NCBI GenBank assembly: GCA_964016885.1
Contig: OZ024745.1
Location: 66,154,001-66,218,000, forward strand
Reading direction: 5' to 3'
DNA length: 64,000 nucleotides
Origin: Eledone cirrhosa
Lineage: Eukaryota
Part shown: piece by piece, positions 57,312 to 64,000 of the stretch
Position numbering within the stretch: position 1 is the first letter of the stretch
Layout: each line of letters starts with the position of its first letter
The notes under the pieces: model-generated
The model's database searches: none
What the model saw: the letters and a program-made list of their open reading frames with translations, nothing else
What the model was told of the DNA's origin: nothing
Made by a program: the position numbers and the translations under genes

Positions 57312-60300
57312 TGGTAGTGGTGGTGGGGGTAATGGTGGCAATGACGTTGGTGGTATTGTGCTCACTGGTAGTGGTGGTGGTGGTGGTAATGATGTTGGTG
57401 GTTTGTGCTCACTGGTAGTGGTGGTGGTGGTAATGACGTTAGTGGTATTGTGCTCACTGGTAGTGGTGATGGTGGTGGTAATGACGTTGGTGGTATTGTG
57501 CTAAATGGTAGTGGTGGTAATGACGTTGGTGGTATTGTGCTCACTGGTAGTGGTGGTGGTGGTGGTAATGACGTTGGTGGTATTGTGCTAAATGGTAGTG
57601 GTGGTAATGACGTTGGTGGTATGGTGCTCACTCGTAGTGGTGATGGTGGTGGTGGTAATGACGTTGGTGGTATTGTGCTCACTGGTAGTGGTGGTGGCGG
57701 TGGTAATGACGTTGGTGGTATTGTGCTCACTGGTAGTGGTGGTGGCGGGGGTAATGACGTTGGTGTTATTGTGCTCACTGGTAGTGGTGGTGGTGGTGGT
57801 AATGACGTTGGTGTTATTGTGCTCACTGGTAGTGGTGGTGGTGGTGGTAATGACGTTGGTGTTATTGTGCTCACTGGTAGTGGTGGTGGTGGTAATGATG
57901 TTAGTGGTATTGTGCTCACTGGTAGTGGTGGTGGTGGTAATGATGTTGGTGGTATTGTGCTCACTGGTAGTGGTGGTGGTGGTAATGACGTTGGTGGTAT
58001 TGTGCTCACTGGTAGTGGTGGTGGTGGTAATGATGTTGGTGGAATTGTGCTCACTGGTAGTGGTGGTGGTGGTAATGACGTTGGTGGTATTGTGCTCACT
58101 GGTAGTGGTGGTGGCGGTGGTAATGACGTTGGTGTTATTGTGCTCACTGGTAGTGGTGGTGGTGGTGGTAATGACGTTGGTGTTATTGTGCTCACTGGTA
58201 GTGGTGGTGGTGGTGGTAATGACGTTGGTGTTATTGTGCTCAGTGGTAGTGGTGGTGGTGGTGGTAATGACGTTGGTGGTATTGTGCTCACTGGTAGTGG
58301 TGGTGTTGGTAATGACGTTGGTGGTATTGTGCTCACTGGTAGTGGTGGTGGTGGTAATGACGTTGGTGGTATTGTGCTCACTGGTAGTGGTGGTGGTAAT
58401 GACGTTGGTGTTATTGTGCTCAGTGGTAGTGGTGGTGGTGGTGGTAATGACGTTGGTGGTATTGTGCTCACTGGTAGTGGTGGTGGTGGTAATGATGTTG
58501 GTGGTATTGTGCTCACTGGTAGTGGTGGTGGTGGTAATGACGTTGGTGGTATTGTGCTCACTGGTAGTGGTGGTGGTAATGACGTTGGTGTTATTGTGCT
58601 CAGTGGTAGTGGTGGTGGTGGTGGTAATGACGTTGGTGGTATTGTGCTCACTGGTAGTGGTGGTGTTGGTAATGACGTTGGTGGTATTGTGCTCACTGGT
58701 AGTGGTGGTGGTGGTAATGACGTTGGTGGTATTGTGCTCACCGGTAGTGGTGGTGGTAATGACGTTGGTGTTATTGTGCTCAGTGGTAGTGGTGGTGGTG
58801 GTGGTAATGACGTTGGTGGTATTGTGCTCACTGGTAGTGGTGGTGGTGGTGGTAATGACGTTGGAGGTATTGTGCTCACTGGTAGTGGTGGTGGTGTTGG
58901 TAATGACGTTGGTGGTATTGTGCTCACTGGTAGTGGTGGTAGTGGTAATGACGTTGGAGGTATTGTGCTCACTGGTAGTGGTGGTGGTGGTGGTAATGAC
59001 GTTGGTGGTATTGTGCTCACTGGTAGTGGTGGTGGTGGTGGTGGTAATGACGTTGGTGGTATTGTGCTCACTGGTAGTGGTGGTGGTGTTGGTAATGACG
59101 TTGGTGGTATTGTGCTCACTGGTAGTGGTGGTGGTGGTGGTGGTAATGACGTTGGTGGTATTGTGCTCACTGGTAGTGGTGGTGGTGGTGGTAATGATGT
59201 TGGTGGTATTGTGATCACTGGTAGTGGTGGTGGTGGTGGTAATGACGTTGGTGGTATTGTGCTCACTGGTAGTGGTGGTGGTGGTGGTAATGATGTTGGT
59301 GGTATTGTGATCACTGGTAGTGGTGGTGGTGGTGGTAATGACGTTGGTGGTATTGTGCTCACTGGTAGTGGCGGTGGTGGTGGTGGTGGTGGTAATGACG
59401 TTGCTGGTATTGTGCTCACTGGTAGTGGTGGTGGTGGTAATGACGTTGGTGGTATTGTGCTCACTGGTAGTGGTGGTGGTGGTGGTAATGACGTTGGTGG
59501 TATTGTGCTCACTGTTAGTGGTGGTGGTGGTGGTGGTAATGACGTTGGTGGTATTGTGCTCACTGGTAGTGGTGGTGGTGGTGGTAATGACGTTGGTGGT
59601 ATTGTGCTCACTGGTAGTGGTGGTGGTGGTGGTAATGACGTTGGTGGTATTGTGATCACTGGTAGTGGTGGTGGTGGTGGTAATGACGTTGGTGGTATTG
59701 TGCTCACTGGTAGTGGTGGTGGTGGTGGTAATGACGTTGCTGGTATTGTGCTCACTGGTAGTGGTGGTAATGACGTTGGTGGTATTGTGCTCACTGGTAG
59801 TGGTGGTGGTAGTGGTGGTAATGACGTTGGTGGTATTGTGCTCACTGGTAGTGGTGGTGGTGGTGGTGGTAATGACGTTGGTGGTATTGTGCTCACTGGT
59901 AGTGGTGGTGGTGGTGGTAATGACGTTGGTGGTATTGTGCTCACTGGTAGTGGTGGTGGTGGTGGTGGTAATGACGTTGGTGGTATTGTGCTCACTGGTA
60001 GTGGTGGTGGTGGTGGTAATGACGTTGGTGGTATTGTGCTCACTGGTAGTGGTGGTGGTGGTGGTAATGACGTTGGTGGTATTGTGCTCACTGGTAGTGG
60101 TGGTGGTGGTGGTGGAAATGACGTTGGTGGTATTGTGCTCACTGGTAGTGGTGGTGGTGGTGGTGGTAATGACGTTGGTGGTATTGTGCTCACTGGTAGT
60201 GGTGGTGGTGGTGGTGGTAATGACGTTGGTGGTATTGTGCTCACTGGTAGTGGTGGTGGTGGTGGTAATGACGTTGGTGGTATTGTGCTCACTGGTAGTG

Positions 60301-63300
60301 GTGGTGGTGGTGGTAATGACGTTGGTGGTATTGTGCTCACTGGTAGTGGTGGTGGTGGTGGTAATGACGTTGGTGGTATTGTGCTCACTGGTAGTAGTGG
60401 TGGTGGTAGTGGTAATGACGTTGGTGGTATTGTGCTCACTGGTAGTGGTGGTGGTGGTGGTGGTAATGACGTTGGTGGTATTGTGCTCACTGGTAGTGGT
60501 GGTGGTGGTGGTGGTAATGACGTTGGTGGTATTGTGCTCACTGGTAGTGGTGGTGGTGGTGGTAATGACGTTGGTGGTATTGTGCTCACTGGTAGTGGTG
60601 GTGGTGGTGGTAATGACGTTGGTGGTATTGTGCTCACTGGTAGTGGTGGTGGTGGTGGTAATGACGTTGGTGTTATTGTGCTCAGTGGTAGTGGTGGTGG
60701 TGGTGGTAATGACGTTGGTGGTATTGTGCTCACTGGTAGTGGTGGTGGTGGTAATGACGTTGGTGGTATTGTGCTCACTGGTAGTGGTGGTGGTGGTAAT
60801 GACGTTGGTGGTATTGTGCTCACTGGTAGTGGTGGTGGTAATGACGTTGGTGTTATTGTGCTCAGTGGTAGTGGTGGTGGTGGTGGTAATGACGTTGGTG
60901 GTATTGTGCTCACTGGTAGTGGTGGTGTTGGTAATGACGTTGGTGGTATTGTGCTCACTGGTAGTGGTGGTGGTGGTAATGACGTTGGTGGTATTGTGCT
61001 CACCGGTAGTGGTGGTGGTAATGACGTTGGTGTTATTGTGCTCAGTGGTAGTGGTGGTGGTGGTGGTAATGACGTTGGTGGTATTGTGCTCACTGGTAGT
61101 GGTGGTGGTGGTGGTAATGACGTTGGAGGTATTGTGCTCACTGGTAGTGGTGGTGGTGTTGGTAATGACGTTGGTGGTATTGTGCTCACTGGTAGTGGTG
61201 GTGGTGGTGGTAATGACGTTGGTGTTATTGTGCTCAGTGGTAGTGGTGGTGGTGGTGGTAATGACGTTGGTGGTATTGTGCTCACTGGTAGTGGTGGTGG
61301 TGGTAATGACGTTGGTGGTATTGTGCTCACTGGTAGTGGTGGTGGTGGTAATGACGTTGGTGGTATTGTGCTCACTGGTAGTGGTGGTGGTAATGACGTT
61401 GGTGTTATTGTGCTCAGTGGTAGTGGTGGTGGTGGTGGTAATGACGTTGGTGGTATTGTGCTCACTGGTAGTGGTGGTGTTGGTAATGACGTTGGTGGTA
61501 TTGTGCTCACTGGTAGTGGTGGTGGTGGTAATGACGTTGGTGGTATTGTGCTCACCGGTAGTGGTGGTGGTAATGACGTTGGTGTTATTGTGCTCAGTGG
61601 TAGTGGTGGTGGTGGTGGTAATGACGTTGGTGGTATTGTGCTCACTGGTAGTGGTGGTGGTGGTGGTAATGACGTTGGAGGTATTGTGCTCACTGGTAGT
61701 GGTGGTGGTGTTGGTAATGACGTTGGTGGTATTGTGCTCACTGGTAGTGGTGGTAGTGGTAATGACGTTGGAGGTATTGTGCTCACTGGTAGTGGTGGTG
61801 GTGGTGGTAATGACGTTGGTGGTATTGTGCTCACTGGTAGTGGTGGTGGTGGTGGTGGTAATGACGTTGGTGGTATTGTGCTCACTGGTAGTGGTGGTGG
61901 TGTTGGTAATGACGTTGGTGGTATTGTGCTCACTGGTAGTGGTGGTGGTGGTGGTGGTAATGACGTTGGTGGTATTGTGCTCACTGGTAGTGGTGGTGGT
62001 GGTGGTAATGATGTTGGTGGTATTGTGATCACTGGTAGTGGTGGTGGTGGTGGTAATGACGTTGGTGGTATTGTGCTCACTGGTAGTGGTGGTGGTGGTG
62101 GTAATGATGTTGGTGGTATTGTGATCACTGGTAGTGGTGGTGGTGGTGGTAATGACGTTGGTGGTATTGTGCTCACTGGTAGTGGTGGTGGTGGTGGTGG
62201 TGGTGGTAATGACGTTGCTGGTATTGTGCTCACTGGTAGTGGTGGTGGTGGTAATGACGTTGGTGGTATTGTGCTCACTGGTAGTGGTGGTGGTGGTGGT
62301 AATGACGTTGGTGGTATTGTGCTCACTGTTAGTGGTGGTGGTGGTGGTGGTAATGACGTTGGTGGTATTGTGCTCACTGGTAGTGGTGGTGGTGGTGGTA
62401 ATGACGTTGGTGGTATTGTGCTCACTGGTAGTGGTGGTGGTGGTGGTAATGACGTTGGTGGTATTGTGATCACTGGTAGTGGTGGTGGTGGTGGTAATGA
62501 CGTTGGTGGTATTGTGCTCACTGGTAGTGGTGGTGGTGGTGGTAATGACGTTGCTGGTATTGTGCTCACTGGTAGTGGTGGTAATGACGTTGGTGGTATT
62601 GTGCTCACTGGTAGTGGTGGTGGTAGTGGTGGTAATGACGTTGGTGGTATTGTGCTCACTGGTAGTGGTGGTGGTGGTGGTGGTAATAACGTTGGTGGTA
62701 TTGTGCTCACTCATAGTGGTGGTGGTGGTGGTAATGACGTTGGTGGTATTGTGCTCACTGGTAGTGGTGGTGGTGGTGGTGGTAATGACGTTGGTGGTAT
62801 TGTGCTCACTGGTAGTGGTGGTGGTGGTGGTAATGACGTTGGTGGTATTGTGCTCACTGGTAGTGGTGGTGGTGGTGGTAATGACGTTGGTGGTATTGTG
62901 CTCACTGGTAGTGGTGGTGGTGGTGGTGGTAATGACGTTAGTGGTATTGTGCTCACTGGTAGTGGTGGTGGTGGTGGTGGTAATGACGTTGGTGGTATTG
63001 TGCTCACTGGTAGTGGTGGTGGTGGTGGTGGTAATGACGTTGGTGGTATTGTGCTCACTGGTAGTGGTGGTGGTGGTGGTAATGACGTTGGTGGTATTGT
63101 GCTCACTGGTAGTGGTGGTGGTGGTGGTAATGACGTTGGTGGTATTGTGCTCACTGGTAGTGGTGGTGGTGGTGGTAATGACGTTGGTGGTATTGTGCTC
63201 ACTGGTAGTAGTGGTGGTGGTGGTGGTAATGACGTTGGTGGTATTGTGATCACTGGTAGTGGTGGTGGTGGTGGTAATGACGTTGGTGGTATTGTGCTCA

Positions 63301-64000
63301 CTGGTAGTGGCGGTGGTGGTGGTGGTAATGACGTTGCTGGTATTGTGCTCACTGGTAGTGGTGGTAATGACGTTGGTGGTATTGTGCTCACTGGTAGTGG
63401 TGGTGGTGGTGGTAATGACGTTGGTGGTATTGTGCTCACTGGTAGTGGTGGTGGTGGTGGTAATGACGTTGGTGGTATTGTGCTCACTGGTGGTGGTGGT
63501 GGTAATGACGTTGGTGGTATTGTGCTCACTGGTAGTGGTGGTGGTGGTGGTAATGACGTTGGTGGTATTGTGCTCACTGGTAGTGGTGGTGGTGGTAATG
63601 ACGTTGGTGGTATTGTGCTCACTGGTAGTGGTGGTGGTGGTGGTAATGACGTTGGTGGTATTGTGCTCACTGGTAGTGGTGGTGGTGGTGGTGGTAATGA
63701 CGTTGGTGGTATTGTGCTCACGGGTAGTGGTGGTGGTGGTGGTAATGACGTTGGTGGTATTGTGCTCACTGGTAGTGGTGGTGGTGGTAATGACGTTGGT
63801 GGTATTGTGCTCACTGGTAGTGGTGGTGGTGGTGGTGGTAATGACGTTGGTGGTATTGTGCTCACTGGTAGTGGTGGTGGTGGTGGTAATGACGTTGGTG
63901 GTATTGTGCTCACTGGTAGTGGTGGTAATGACGTTGGAGGTATTGTGCTCACTGGTAGTGGTGGTGGTGGTGGTGGTAATGACGTTGGTGGTATTGTGCT
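57312..64000. repeat. Minisatellite: AATGACGTTGGTGGTATTGTGCTCACTGGTAGT(GGT)n, ~39-54-bp units, extends past the window
   Basis: Seen directly. Units vary by GGT count. Variant blocks recur at 180-bp and 2814-bp offsets. Confidence 0.98.

Noticed and set aside
57362-63952. Formin- or extensin-like Pro-rich protein and poly-Val membrane protein
   Set aside because: These are alternative frames of the minisatellite. Both contain internal stops and have no flanking domains.
57312-64000. CRISPR array or telomeric repeat
   Set aside because: There are no unique spacers or cas genes, the context is eukaryotic, and the unit is not TTAGGG-like.

Overview
AT-rich, microsatellite-laden animal genomic DNA. 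The SINE families and (TA)n load suggest an octopod cephalopod; this is inferred, not demonstrated. No host protein-coding gene can be supported. About 4-42 kb is a dense nest of Penelope-like retroelements (PLEs) inserted into (TA)n tracts and into each other: one Neptune-type RT/GIY-YIG element, three Naiad-type elements (one near full length) and several non-coding derivatives. Nearly all show an inverted copy of their 3' end and a hammerhead ribozyme (HHR) motif; I found about 11 distinct HHR sequence families, including U3:A8 and U4C core variants. The strongest new-looking signal is a short CTC...GAG bulged hairpin. In four families it lies ~35-55 nt downstream of the HHR, and a related form occurs in two more. 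In all six, one insertion end stops 3-8 nt before the hairpin and runs straight into TA repeats, suggesting a cis-element that positions reverse-transcription priming. Also present: two tRNA-derived SINE families, decayed L1/Tx1, RTE, CRE and R4-type LINE fragments, a non-autonomous Helitron with a visible empty site, a non-coding LTR element with a tRNA-Trp-like primer site, and a >6.6 kb minisatellite with higher-order periodicity that runs off the right edge. All coordinates and pairings were read by eye and may be off by a few bases.
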